A stretch of DNA of 63,379 nucleotides, filler included, from Phoronis australis (taxonomy: Eukaryota; Animalia; Phoronida): NCBI GenBank assembly GCA_002633005.1. It is 3 parts of 3 records of this genome, joined end to end, with 100 filler letters (N's around TTAATTAATTAA, not from the genome) between each part and the next. Parts side by side here need not be neighbours in the genome. Positions count along the whole stretch, not along the records: positions 1 to 27,109 come from NMRA01000018.1; positions 27,210 to 46,945 come from NMRA01001129.1; 1 more part is not named here. The stretch is one strand, 5' to 3'. Below, in pieces: positions 25,950 to 38,536 of the stretch (position 1 is its first letter; the number at the start of each line of letters is the position of its first letter). Below the pieces are notes generated by a model. It did no database searches. It was not told the DNA's origin and saw nothing but the letters and a program-made list of their open reading frames with translations. The translations under genes were made by a program, and so were the position numbers.

Positions 25950-27040
25950 ACTTTCGCCTTCCTATCCGCCAGATTACTCAAAAGATCTTTGTGAAATTGA
26001 CAGATGCACCCTTGCTGAGAAGACCACGGCTGACTCTGATTTTCGGACGGGTTCAATTACTGTGGCAACCCCTAGTGGCATTTTTTGCGTCCATGGCTGT
26101 ATCTCCTTGAGATGATTGGCAGACGTTTTCCTGATGAGAAGGCCACAGCTGACACTGATTTTTGGACAGGTTCGACTACTGTAGCACCCCTCGTACCAAT
26201 TTTTTTGCGTCCACAACTGTATCTCCTTTATTTTATGGTGAATCTTTGTGGAATATGACAGATATGTTCCTATGGAGATGATAACAGACGATAACGAGTT
26301 TCAGACCCATCCGACTACAGGTGTTCCCCCCAAGGGGCAGTTTTATTTTTATTTACATTTGCCTTGATTTTTCTGAAATTTGGCAAGTAGGTTTCCATTA
26401 AGGCGAAAATTATGCCTTTCCATTTTGGAACAGATTCAATGCATTTTGCGTCACCTAGTGGCCATTTTTAGGATTTTGTGTTCATTCTTTTTAGCGTTTG
26501 CCAAACTGCTCAAAGGATCCTGATGAGAAGACCATGGCCGACATTCATTTTTGGATGGATCTGTTACCTGTGGCATCCCCTTGTGGTGATTTTGTATTTG
26601 CAACCTTGGCTGCAGCTCCTGATTCCTTTCCATTATGTTTGTGAACTTTTGCAGGTGTTTTCCTATTGGCAGTGGCTGCCCATGGCTTTTTGGACGGCTA
26701 TGGCCCCCAGTAGCAATTTTATTTTTTACCTTTGCCTCTATATCTTCTGAGTTCTTTGATGTTTTTTTTTTCATGAAATTTGGAAACAAGTTTTATTATA
26801 AAGCTGACAGCATGTTTCCAATTTGTGGTGTGTTCAATGTATTCTGTGACGCCTGGTGGCCATGTCAATTATTTTTTAGTCTGCTTTTTGCCGTCTGCTT
26901 CTGTATCCGCCAAACCACTCAGGGCAACGTTATAAAAAATTGCAGATGTGTTCCTACTGACATGAGGTCGACTGGCGTGGATTTTCAGATAGGTCCAAAG
27001 TAACTTTGGTGCTCCGTAATGACATTATTTTGCATCTTCA
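25950..27040 (-). mobile_element. Interspersed element built of degenerate subrepeats (similar in style to 62455-63379)
   Basis: Recurring CTGATGAGAAGRCCAYRGCYGAC..TGATTTT.GGA units at about 26015, 26131 and 26520. Minus-strand CCACTAGG/CCACCAGG motifs. Confidence 0.55.
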
Positions 27041-27050
27041 TCAGTATCTA

Positions 27051-27109
27051 TTAAAGGCGAAGGCAACCTTTTTCCATGTCATTTTGAGCTAAAATAAGGT
27101 TGGTTGGTT
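27051..27109 (+). mobile_element. Terminal arm of the TTAA-AGG (Kolobok-like) element, cut by the gap
   Basis: Identical to 41109-41167 (TTAAAGGCGAAGGCAACCTTTTTCCATG...). Confidence 0.85.
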
Positions 27110-27209
27110 NNNNNNNNNNNNNNNNNNNNNNNNNNNNNNNNNNNNNNNNNNNNTTAATTAATTAANNNNNNNNNNNNNNNNNNNNNNNNNNNNNNNNNNN
27201 NNNNNNNNN
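27110..27209. other. Artificial contig-joining spacer N44-TTAATTAATTAA-N44
   Basis: Exactly 100 bp with a six-frame stop linker in the middle. Confidence 0.9.
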
Positions 27210-27318
27210 CGGGAGGCAGTAATCCAGGTGAGCTTGAATGACGATTGTGTTGAAAAGGGTTTTCAGTGTCAAAATAATACACCCAAATAATTTGAACATT
27301 GAGGGTTGTGCATGTCCG

Positions 27319-27516
27319 CAGAGGCAGATCTATACAGGGGTGGTTCAACCCCCCCCTCGACACACGATCAAAAGTAAAAATTGAAAAAAATGTCGCCAGA
27401 AAAACAAAATCAGCTACTAAAAACTACAAAGATCTTACACGGGAGGGGGTTAATGCTACGCGCCTCGGATTCGCTCGAATCCTATACCCCCCACTGAAAA
27501 CATAGATTTGCCACTG
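27319..27516 (+). mobile_element. CAGTGGCGGATC-family MITE
   Basis: Termini CAGAGGCAGATCTA/TAGATTTGCCACTG. Flanks GTCCG/GTCCA form a 5-bp TSD with 1 mismatch. Confidence 0.75.
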
Positions 27517-28220
27517 GTCCAATTGACTTCTGGTTATCGTTTTTACGATGTCATCAACCGAATTCAATAATTTATGTTGAGAACATCTCAAGCAAATTAG
27601 GTCAAAGAAAGAGCATTACGCGGTGGTTGCCATTACCGATGATACCGAGAGGAGGAACAGCCATTTAAGTAGGCAAAATGCAACATTTTGGTAATTTTCA
27701 ATGAGTGAGTATTTGCTATTCTGGCTATTTAGGCTTGCCCCCATATAGAGACAGGACTGGTAAAAGCTACAGTTACAGCTTCATCCACTTCTTGGCGAGG
27801 AAAAAATTCATGAGAATGTTAATTTTTGAATAAGCGCAGGCTTCACACTTTGTGAGATTCTCTCATGCATATACATACACATCACGTGATTATAGGGTTT
27901 GTGTTGAATATGCTAGTACCGGTTCCCATACTCTTACCAATTACTGCATTTGGTCAATCGAGCTGGGTTGCTCTGCATTGTTTTGGTCTTACCATCTAGG
28001 CCACAGCTTGCCTTGCACAAGTTCTTTGATAGATGTAACTTAAACACTCTTCAACGTTCCAGTTTCAATCATTCATTGAGAACTGCATATTTGTTAATTC
28101 ATAACACATGTATGAATATATATGTGTGAGTATGAAGTGCTACGATCACCAGTATTGGAAATCTCAGTATGACACACATTCAATCATAAACCCTAGCATG
28201 CATGCACCTGTACATGTACA

Positions 28221-28425
28221 TAGAAATATGCGTGCAAGAGCTCGTGAACTCCAAGATCTAGGATATGTTGTGAGAAGGGACTAACCACAACTTTCGAAGG
28301 AAACTTTCACTTGATACTTAAATGAAGTGCCAAAAGTTTTTCTATTGTAATAGAAATATGCGTGCGAGAGCTCGTGAACTCCAGGATCTAGGATATATCG
28401 TAAGAAGGGACTAACCACAACTTTC
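28221..28425. repeat. 75-bp direct repeat, 130-bp period
   Basis: TAGAAATATGCGTGC...GGGACTAACCACAACTTTC at 28221-28295 and 28351-28425. Confidence 0.9.
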
Positions 28426-30804
28426 CGGTCTCCGAAACAGGTGAAATCGTAAGCTAGAATTCATCAAAGTTACGCTCTGTGACGCATCTGTAACCTATGA
28501 ACAGAGTTTCTACAAAACTGCAGTGCATTGCTATCAAACTTTGTTGTCAACTTACGAGCATATTTCAGAAAATACCACTGCCAAAAATTGCCGTGAATCA
28601 GGTTTCAAGCTCCTCAGCTTGGTTTAACTATATATTAATAAACCCCAAAAATGGTTCCAAGTGATCAATGCAATGCCTGCGCACGTCTAATAAATGTGTA
28701 TCATGCAGCTCCTGATTTAAACAAAGGTCTGTTTTTTAATTTTGGTCCGTGTAAATAACGCCACAGACCTGGAAATCCAGCGAAACACTTCTACCTTACA
28801 AATCTGACAATCCCTAATATCAGAAAATTTGAGCACCCGGCAAAAGATACTAGTAATGAAATTCTAGTGATGATAATTACCCACTTTGTTTATTTACTTC
28901 ACCTCAATTTGAAATACTTGGTAAAATGAAGCCCATTCGGGTAAGCATCATGTGGGTCGCAATGCCAAACCAATATATGATAGAACCCAACAAGCTCAAG
29001 TTGCAGTCAAATCAGGATGGGCATGAATAAGGAAATTTACTGTATCAACAGATTGGCCAAATAAGAATAAGATACAAAGTGTTGCTACAGTGCACACGTG
29101 CACGATACTTGGTCTCTTATTTTCCCGCCGTAAATGCATGAACCAATCACTGGCAGATCACTAATGGCGCAAAGTTTTCGAAAACAGCTCGATTTTTAGG
29201 GAGTCATGTTTTACTGTTATATTTATTTTCAAAACTTTATTGCGTTACATTTAGTTTATTTTCTGTTCAACTCAATGAAGCCACCTAATATGAATGCATT
29301 CAACACAATTAATGCATTGTAAAAACCAAAAGTTATAGTCTATCAACGTTAGACAAAATCAGTACACCCCTTTCTTAAAAAATGTGTTAAAAGTTAGAAA
29401 CAAAGGACACAAGTTTCCATAACTTGTAACGTCGATTTTCGACATTGATGTTGGGGAGGAACAACAGTAATCACACGAAGGCGATGATTTTCAAAATTTG
29501 ATTCGTTTTCGTAGCCATGTCTTTTTCCCTATGGTTCAGGGCTACTTCTGAATCCAGGAACAAGAGCTGAGAAAGGCAGGGTTCGTGATAACGCTGGAGA
29601 ACGGTAACATTTGATTTATATAAGGTGATACAACTGTCATTGATTTTGCCATCTTCTCTGTTTTCATCCAACCTTCCCAGATGAAAACTTGAATGAAGAG
29701 GACCTTCAGTACTTGAGTGAGCATGGTATACTGTGTGATTTATATGTTGAATTATTCAACGGTTCTTTTAAGAAAAATTTCACGCTATACCTACAACCAA
29801 CGGCCCTTTTAAGGGCCACTCGACACTTCCCAGAAGAACTGCTCACTTGATAATGTTGATTTATAAACATGCTTTCGTAGTTTTCTCAGTAGGCCTATGT
29901 GAACCATCAATCAAAAACTGTCCCATAACTATGCTGCTATTGGGCAAGCAGACGACATAATCGGTCGGCACCGAAGTTTGAATTTTGTAATTAATTACCA
30001 GTAGCATTGCCAAAAGTACTCACAATACCAACACTTCTACTATTGAAAGACTTTGAAAAGCGTTTCAATGCCGAAATTAATATAAATTAATATTTTTTTC
30101 GTTGTTTTGTACAGTAAAGTAGATGCAAGTATTTCTCGTCAAAATACACTGACCGGAAACTGCAGCAGATAGGTCAGGAGAGTTCAACTATGCACGTAAG
30201 GATATGCCGGAGTTGCGAATCTATAATCTATGGTTCCACTGTGTGTTAATCTTCCATAGACCCAGAAATTGCACACAGCCTGGGTAGTTCTGCTCGTCAC
30301 CTCGCTGTGAAACTTGTATCAACAGGTAAAGCTAAAGTCCGGAAGGGGTGCATGCAAAATCTGAGAGTCAACCGACACTCCCCTTGCCTGTAACAGCCGT
30401 TTAAGTGAAAAACGAGCTAATAAACGTCTACGTGTATTTCTTGCGTAATTCTCCGCCTTTATAGAAAACTTAAGTAGTCGTTTCGAAAACAATACGCTCG
30501 TGACACGCGCAAGGGGCGTTTCCTAATTTTTGCGACCTCTCTCGGGATAGGATGATAGCAGAGACCGTAGAGAGGGAGACGTTTCATCTAGCGAAATCCC
30601 ATTGGACGGGCACTGTCGGCCATAGTTGTTTCATGGACCGTAAAGACGTCTAGCGGGTGTGTGTGCGAAAAAAGGAATATGGCTGATACTCGTGGTCAGT
30701 GATCACAGAGACAAGACATTTTGTCTTATCATGTAGCTCATACAGATTTCCCATAGTTAATACTTCTGAGGGTAGTGCTGTGTCAAGTTACTTTAAAACA
30801 AGAT

Positions 30805-31345
30805 ATGGCGGCTGCAGTTCCTAAAAAGAGGAGAGGAGCTTTTTGCGCTGCAGCAACAGACGTTGAAAAATCGGGACTTGCACTTCTCCCAAATGATAAA
30901 GGCAGGTGAGATATATGAGTGATACAAAGAATTCTTTTTGAGAAAATGCTGTTGTCGGAGTGATTTGAACTTGTCTTAATTTAAGTTTCAAGGTTTTATT
31001 TGATTATTCATAGCAAAATTGTGGTAATCAGATACATATCCAGGATGATGGGTACTTGATTTTAGAGCCAGTTACTCCCAATGAATTACGCCCGTTATTT
31101 AGTGGTTGTAACTGGTTCTCAAATGAATTTTGAGTGAGGGACGCACCTATCAAACTATAACCGAAGTTGTCGTGCATGTGTTTCATGACTTAGGGCCTAC
31201 TGATAACTTGTGTTTCTATTCTATGATTGGATCTAAACTGTAATTTCTTTCATTTCTTCAATTCACGTCAGTGTTTATACATTCAGATCCAAAAGGATAG
31301 GTGATAAACAGCAAATGTGAGGAACTGCTAAGGAGAAATGCTATG
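30805..31345 (+). pseudogene. Degenerate two-exon THAP N-terminus (THAP12-like layout)
   Basis: Exon 30805-30905 reads MAAAVPKKRRGAFCAA...GLALLPNDKGR followed by GTGAG. After an acceptor at 31286 comes a frameshifted SKR*VINSKCEELLRR. Together they resemble FCAA..C...FP.D..R|C.KWV.N.RR.DL. Confidence 0.45.
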
Positions 31346-31529
31346 ATGTTAACTTAGTCCAGCAGACTAGTATGGGTTTAGGTCTTTGCTGTGATGGGCC
31401 TTCATTGTACTTTGAAGAACCTATAGACCTAATTCACGCCGACAGGAGGCGCGTTCCAAAACGAGGCTCACTACGATAGCTCTGTTGGCTTATCGCCATA
31501 GTTGTATTTAGCGTTTCTTGAACGGGCTA

Positions 31530-31630
31530 GAAAAATACGGACATTCAACTGTCTGTTTTACAATCCCTAAGGACGTTGAGATTCGGAAGCGTTGGGTCGT
31601 TGCCATACGCCTCGACGAAGGAAAAATTTA
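31530..31630 (+). pseudogene. THAP domain fragment
   Basis: CFTIPKDVEIRKRWVVAIRLDEGK matches the THAP F..PKD...R..W..AIRRD core. Confidence 0.6.
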
Positions 31631-34600
31631 TAAATGTTTTCGAAAAGTTAGATCCTATTATGTCACATCTCTTGCCGAGCATCATAGCCAACCGGAGAAT
31701 CTTCGGCCAGCCAGGCTGTTTTCATGACAACGGGTTGAAACATGATACATTTTTCTCTCCAAAAAGGACAGGGCCCTTAATCCCTCGACTTTGGAGCCGA
31801 ATACCGGCCATATTCCCCTCTCAAAAATATTAAAAAATCACGCTAAATTCCCCCCCATGAGGCCTAAAAATTCCCCTAGTGATTGAAAATTTCTCGTCGA
31901 AGTTCAAATCACCTAACCACACAGGTGGCAATTTGAAAGAGCACAAAATGCTACTTGAGAAAGAGCCTTTGAGAACTTGGAATAGGGCGGAGTGCTATTG
32001 GTGATGGTCGGAAGGTAGATTTTTCCCCTCACTCGGCGAAAAATTCCCCTCTCAGAAGGCACATGCACCTTTCCCCTCGGATGAACGAGGCCCCTGAAGA
32101 AACATGATAACTGTACTTAGTCTCGTCAGTTAACTGAAATCGAGGTCTAAACCTAGGTTATGCTTTCGACAAACAAATTATGTGTTTTAATTTTAAAATT
32201 CAACTTGGTCTAGATTGATATTTCAGTGAAACCTTGATTGTAGTGATATCAATGCTAGAATTTTCAAATTGTTGACTTGAGCCACCTTTCTTAAAAATCA
32301 TTATCCGATCCCCCCCCCCTTTAAAAAATCCTGGATATGACCCTGTTTGGTAGATATTTAGGACAGTTTCATGTAAATGGGCACAGACACAACTGCTTGA
32401 ATCTGGAATGTCTTTAAGATGTGAATTTTCGAAAGAAAGATCTACTATTTTTCCATTTTATTCTAAAACAAAGTTTGTGTGTTGAAATCTTACATAATTA
32501 ATTGTTAATTAATTGATATTAACACCTGGAATATTAGGGGAAGAAAGCAATCTCTGCCCCCGACCTTTCAATTGGTCGAGGGCACCCTCCCGCTCCTATC
32601 TCTTCTTCAGCAGATCCATTTGATGTTTATTACATTCCTGACCCCCCTGGACAAAATCCTACAGGTTCGGTACCTGCCCATTCTCCAATAACCTACTTTC
32701 ATCTGCTCAGCTATAATTACTGAGTCTCCCTCTTGCTTAATTATGACTGTATTTCTCGTAATTTATATTACCTTTGCTGCCCAATTTTTTCTTGGTTTAC
32801 TCTACATTTTTCCTATGTGTATTTTTCCATTACAGTGCTCGTGTATTTTGTTTTCAATATTTTAAACAAAGACACTTCACTAGCAATTTTGAATTTGGCA
32901 AACTAAGATCAACCATGGTCAATGCCTTGCGTACTTTGTCGGCCCACACACACCCGCTAGGTGTCGCCACGGTCCATGACACAATAATGGCGGCGACCTT
33001 GGTGAATAGTCTTTTTAGCGTATTTGACGATAACTTGGCAGCAGCGAAATTTCTTCTGAAAATTCGGTTTGCTGGTATAAAAATTTTAAAAACTTATAAT
33101 GGAAGGAAACCACTTACGATAATTTGTTGTGACGTGTACGCAACCTCGTGAAAGAAAAACAGTACTTGATTGAAGAATCGGTGAAAAAAGAAACTGGCCA
33201 ACAGGTGACGCAATATTTCATGCCGCCGAAAGCTTACGCAGAAGATCGCTTCACAACTTTAGCAGCAGAATGACGGTAGAACAAGAGACATGTTAATACC
33301 ACAGACCGGGCACACGCGCTACTGCAGCTGACAACTTGACGCCATATTCGAGAGTGTTACTAGTCATATGACACTGCTAATTGCCGTGTAAACAAACGGG
33401 GTAAATGGCTCTTTTCAAAGCGCGATATCTTGCAAATAAAGGGGCGGAAGAGTGTGATTTTTCCAGGTACACATAAAACATGAAATGTCACACTTACATG
33501 CGTTTTTAAGTGTCAATACAGTTGATAGGGAAAATATCAAACTAATAGAAGATCGCAACCAGTGGCAGATTCTCGAATTGTGTGAGCGGCTGCACGCTTG
33601 TTATACACTGTAAGCGTTTTCTTTTCTTCATTTTTTCAAGAGAAACGAGCAAGATTGCACAAATTTATCATTTAATTCACTCGATGCAAATACATTATAT
33701 CCAAGAGACGTGTTGCTCACTTGGGACGTACTTTTGTTGTGCCCCAATAAGCCTTAGTTTTCAGTATTGAAAATGACTCCGAATAACTACGTAAAATTAA
33801 AATACGACCCAGGTCGTTTTTAATAGGGGGTCTAAATTTAATGTGAACTACTATGAAAAAGACCTCATTGAAGTTATATAGATAAATGACAGGTTTTTAA
33901 AGTTCATTAAGGCGTTCTCCCGTTCCGTGACTTTACAAGACGTACAACGGTTGTAAGCGTGTGATAGTCGAAACTCCGATTGACGTATGTATAGTTGGGC
34001 GATTTTGGTGATTCAAAAACTTTAATCATGACCAGTGTTTGATAGGGAATTCAGGAATGCCATTGGTTTATGTTCAAACATTTTAACACCACAGCCCAGT
34101 GAGTAAATAACATATGATCTTATTGCATATCTTATTGGAGATTAGAGCAACTATCGAACAAGAGAGAGCTGACCCTCCAACCCTAATTGCCAGAATGGAC
34201 TTAATCAGTCGTCAATGTAAGATATTGACTACAGCGGTCATCCGCTTAACTTGTGCTATAACAAGTTAGACTAAACCTGAGAACTCCGTAATGTAAAAAG
34301 CAAAGAACACAGACTTAATTCCTTTCCTGTGCATCGCTCGGGATTTCCCGGAGCGGACAAATATTCTTCTCTCACGCACGGTATTCCTCTTTCACGCATC
34401 TGAAGTCACCCCCGATCAAGCATCAGGCACTTGTCGGAGTTTTGTAGTATCCCCACACCGTGAAAGTATGTGCTCACGAAGAGACCAGCCCTGCTCCCAC
34501 ACATTATTTCAAACCGTTCCTATCCACCCCCGCCCTCAATCTGATATACGTACTGCGCGTCCCTCAGCCGCCGAAAAATTTAAAATAAATTCTTATCCCA

Positions 34601-35015
34601 CGCACGCTTGGCCTCAGCTCTCACGGTTCCAAGTTTGACATTTATAGTAAGAAAACTTGGCTGCAATTGGACGATTCTTAACATGTGGCCATGTATTTTG
34701 GATTAGTCTTCATGCATTCAGTCATATCCTGGCACAGAGCAGTGTAAAATGGCCAGTTGCCAAGTTGGGCAACTGAACGAAGGACTGTTCGAAAAATTGT
34801 GATTATTTTCGCTTCAGCCCAGCTTTCCCACATTGTATTCCTGGTCTGCACGCCGTTCAGAACTTTCACTCCTTAATTGAAAAAGCAAGATTTCCCTTGC
34901 CGCGCATTACTCAGGTGACCCCCAGACCTAAACATCCGCTTATCGAACAGTGTTGAAAGATCGCCAATTGCGGGTACCGTGTCTGCTTTATCCAACCTCC
35001 TATTGCGGATGAACC

Positions 35016-35444
35016 CAGTGGCAGATTTAGAGAAGGGCCAATATCCCCCTAAAATTCTTCCAGAGTCCATTTGGCAGTTCGGTGGTGCGAAAATTCGACA
35101 GGCTAACTTCTAGCTAATACATGCGCGCACCCGGGAGGGGGGGCTCGGGGGCTCCGGGGGGCTCGAATGAGCCCTCTCCCTATTTGACAAAGTGAGAAAA
35201 AGGTCTTTCTTAGAGAAACAAAAAGTCCAAGGAAACGAGACAAAAGTCCACAGGAATTCGTTGCGAATGCATAATGCACGAGGTTGAACCTAGTATTCCG
35301 TTTTTTAGTACTCGTCTTTTTGTTCCAGTAAAAGGTCCACATGACCACGAAATGCGAGCCCCACCTCTTTATTTTACGCTGGGTGGGTGCATGTGATCCT
35401 CTGCCTTGCCCCCCTCCTATATCAAATTTCTGGACTCGCCCCTG
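35016..35444 (+). mobile_element. CAGTGG-family MITE containing a nested CATGC-ended MITE (about 35120-35392)
   Basis: Flanks GAACC/GAACA. The outer parts align with 37633-37797, which lacks the insert. Confidence 0.7.
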
Positions 35445-37632
35445 GAACAGTTGAATAATGACTGAAAGGGTTTTCACAGACGTGAGGTCATTTTTTCATG
35501 GGCTACAAATTCTTCATATTAAATTTAAACCCTGTGAAAAAACTAGCCGGGGTCATTTTTCACGGGGTCACTATTTAATGCTACACAGGATCGGTTAGGT
35601 ATATTTCCACTCGGTTTCAAGTGGGAAATTTTGTACTTTGGGTATAGGTCGGATGCGCAATTCAGTCGTACAGGTTTGATATTTTGGTTACTATGAACTT
35701 TACTTTTTTGCGCAAGTTATGAGTCACAAAACACAGAGGTCGTAAGCAAGCAGTGCAAATCCACAAAATTTCCAATGTCAACTTGAACATAAGTACAGAT
35801 TTTGCAGGGTTATGATTGTTTTAATACAAGAGAAGAAATCTGATTTTGAAATAGTTATTAAGAAATGAGTTTTTAAAGCAGTATATATTTCAACAGAAAA
35901 TGCATTATTCACTTACTAGATGTACTGATTTTGATTGCTGGCGAGCAGGTTCGGGGATGTTATTTTTCAGAACAAGTAAAAATAGATATGATTGTCATCG
36001 TTATCAAATATTTACTTAAGTACAATTGACAAACAGCATCATCGCTGGATAACAGCATATGGTGGTCAATAATTATCTTTTTAAATTGATTTTTAATGGT
36101 CTCAATCACCAAGACTTATGTGGAAACAACGCATAATCGCTCCGCTTAAACCATGGTGGCAGAACATAAAAACTTAGTGGCAGCAACTCTAACTCCATGG
36201 CCGAACCAAAATCCCATGGCTCAAAGGCAGAACCGAAAACTCAGCTCTTTGGCTGCAAGCATAACACTGCAAGCCCGCCGATTTTCTGACTGATGTCGTA
36301 GGGCTCACAGTGTTTTCCGCCATTTTTGACCTGTGTAACACTCTCCAATATGATGTCATATTGACAACGCGAGCTCCAACTACATGTATCTGAGTGGCGC
36401 GCGCCCAGTATACATGTATGTGACGTCTATGGGTAGAACGCTATTTCTTTTCAAAACCAGAAAATAATTTTATGTACTCAAATAAGTGTGTAGTTTTTAA
36501 TGTCACTAGTTTTGTGTCAAAATTTATATGGTTGTTTACCACATCGGCGCAAAGCTGTATATTTATTGTACAGCTTTGTACCAAGGCTAGTGTCAGCCAA
36601 ACTGCTCATAGAAAAATATGCATTATTTCCTTGCAAGTGCACGTGTACCGTTTACGTGATGATTGTCAAACTACACTGATCATAAATTAAAGTGGCATAA
36701 AGCGTGAAATCCAACTCTGTGTCAGCCTAACTGCTCATAGTAATAAAAATTGAATCGTGTACTTAGAAGCACAAGTGTTAGGTGTATAGATTATATTGCA
36801 TCTTTTGAAGTGTTCTTTGCTGCCGAAACAAATGTCAAACTGTTCACCCTGGGATATTTCCACGGTTTGTTAGTAAAGATTTGGAATTTCTGTTGAATGT
36901 CAAAGCCTTTTCCTTTCTTTCAATGTTTAAGAAAACGGTCTGCGAGCTGCTCGTCGCATTATCGATTTTTCTCCCACACAGCAAAGCACATCTCCTTATG
37001 TAGTATGCAGCCATACTGCAAGACTTAAACGATGCACATGTCCCTATATGTCACGTAACATGTGACCTATGACCTTGATGTGTACGTTTCCATTCTTTTA
37101 ATTCAACTGTTCTACATGCCGACGGTTTACTCATTTATGGGCAGTCCTCTCAAAAAGCAGACATTTACCTTCCGTGTGCTCTTGCACTGAGAAAACCCCG
37201 ACGAGCATGTTCACATTATTAGGGAAAGGTAGTTCAAGGCCTAATAAATCTTTGGTCAGCGAAGAAAGTCTTTTCTTGCCAATCCGATGAGTGTCAATGC
37301 TATACAGACTCGAAGAATTCATACTAGTAACAAACTCGATGGGAAAGATTTCCAATGTTAAATGTCACCACTGTATTCCGAAGGTTCACTACTCCGAAGG
37401 TTCGCTGCCTTCGAAAGTAGTATTTCGAATGTCCACAATTCCGAAACCCGAACCCCGACGGTTAATGCTATTGAGTCGGGACTGACACGAATAAAATATT
37501 GTATTTGTGTCCTTTTAGTAACCATTTAAATGATGTGCAAGAGTTGAATAGCTCTTAGAGCAATTATTACATTGTTTGTAAATGATCTGTTTCAATCACC
37601 GCCAACCGTCGGGATTCTTGAATCTAACTAAC

Positions 37633-37797
37633 CAGTGGCAGATTTAGGAGGGTGAGGGGTGTTAAGGGGGCCATGGCCACCCTAAAGTTCTCCCAGATTC
37701 CATCTGGAAGTCTCGTGGTGCGAATGTCTGACGGGCAAAATCCTGGCTAATACTCTGCCTTGCCCCCCCAACTCAAAATCGTGGATCCGCACCAGTG
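37633..37797 (+). mobile_element. CAGTGG-family MITE, 5-bp TSD CTAAC
   Basis: CTAAC at 37628-37632 and 37798-37802. Confidence 0.8.
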
Positions 37798-38383
37798 CTA
37801 ACGAGGTTGAGATGCAGCGGCCATAAAATTTTCAATCGCGGTGTGAAATGATGTGATCTTGACATGGATTTGATGAATGTATCCTGTTTGATAATTAAAT
37901 GCAAGTATGTACTCATTTCTCCGTATTCATAAGGCATGCCGGCAATTTGGCATGCCCATGAAATCCAAACTGCGTTGTACATGTAGGTATATACATGTAC
38001 AGCACCCAGTGCATCTGATAAACGAAGTATCGCTTACTTTTGCATGTAAAAGTATACAAATTATACCTGAGTCCGACACTTTAGATATTTTCGGAGTGAA
38101 TGAAATCCTTTTTCACAAATTCAACAGTCACTGTAAGTGTCTCAGAACTTTTTCGTAAGTCAAGGTTTCGCAGCACTGGCTGGGCAGATCGACATTACAT
38201 CGGACGTTTTGTTTGAGTAGATTTGTGAACGGACAGTCGGGATTAATAACGTGATTAACTCGAACCAATCTTCAGTCTATCGTCGCACCGAAAGCGATGA
38301 GTAGCGGTTGGGAACAACCTGCACCCACCCTTCCAAGGGAAAAGGTGACATACATGTACATGTACATGCAAATGACCTTGCAT

Positions 38384-38536
38384 ATTGACCTATCGCCAGG
38401 ATTATGAGTGACAGCCTAACTGACCAATCAGAACGCAGCATTCTTGAAACAACTTCTTTTCCAAGCCGCTTTTTTGCCGGGTAAAACTTAGTGTTTGTCG
38501 GCATTACGCAAAAGGCGGAGCTTGCGATAGGTCAAT
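38384..38536. mobile_element. About 150-bp MITE with ATTGACCTATCGC inverted termini
   Basis: 13-bp perfect inverted repeat at the ends. Confidence 0.6.

Larger units (their letters stand above)
30560..33025 (+). mobile_element. Composite DNA-transposon insertion carrying THAP remnants
   Basis: Splits the repeat that is intact at 20556-21080. Flanked by GATGATAGC/GACGATAAC. Subterminal inverted repeats at about 30619-30666 and 32944-32990. Confidence 0.7.

Noticed and set aside
34330-34470. Candidate non-coding first exon (donor GTATGT near 34466) for the glycosyltransferase-like gene
   Set aside because: Only a donor-like motif 8 kb upstream, with no independent support.
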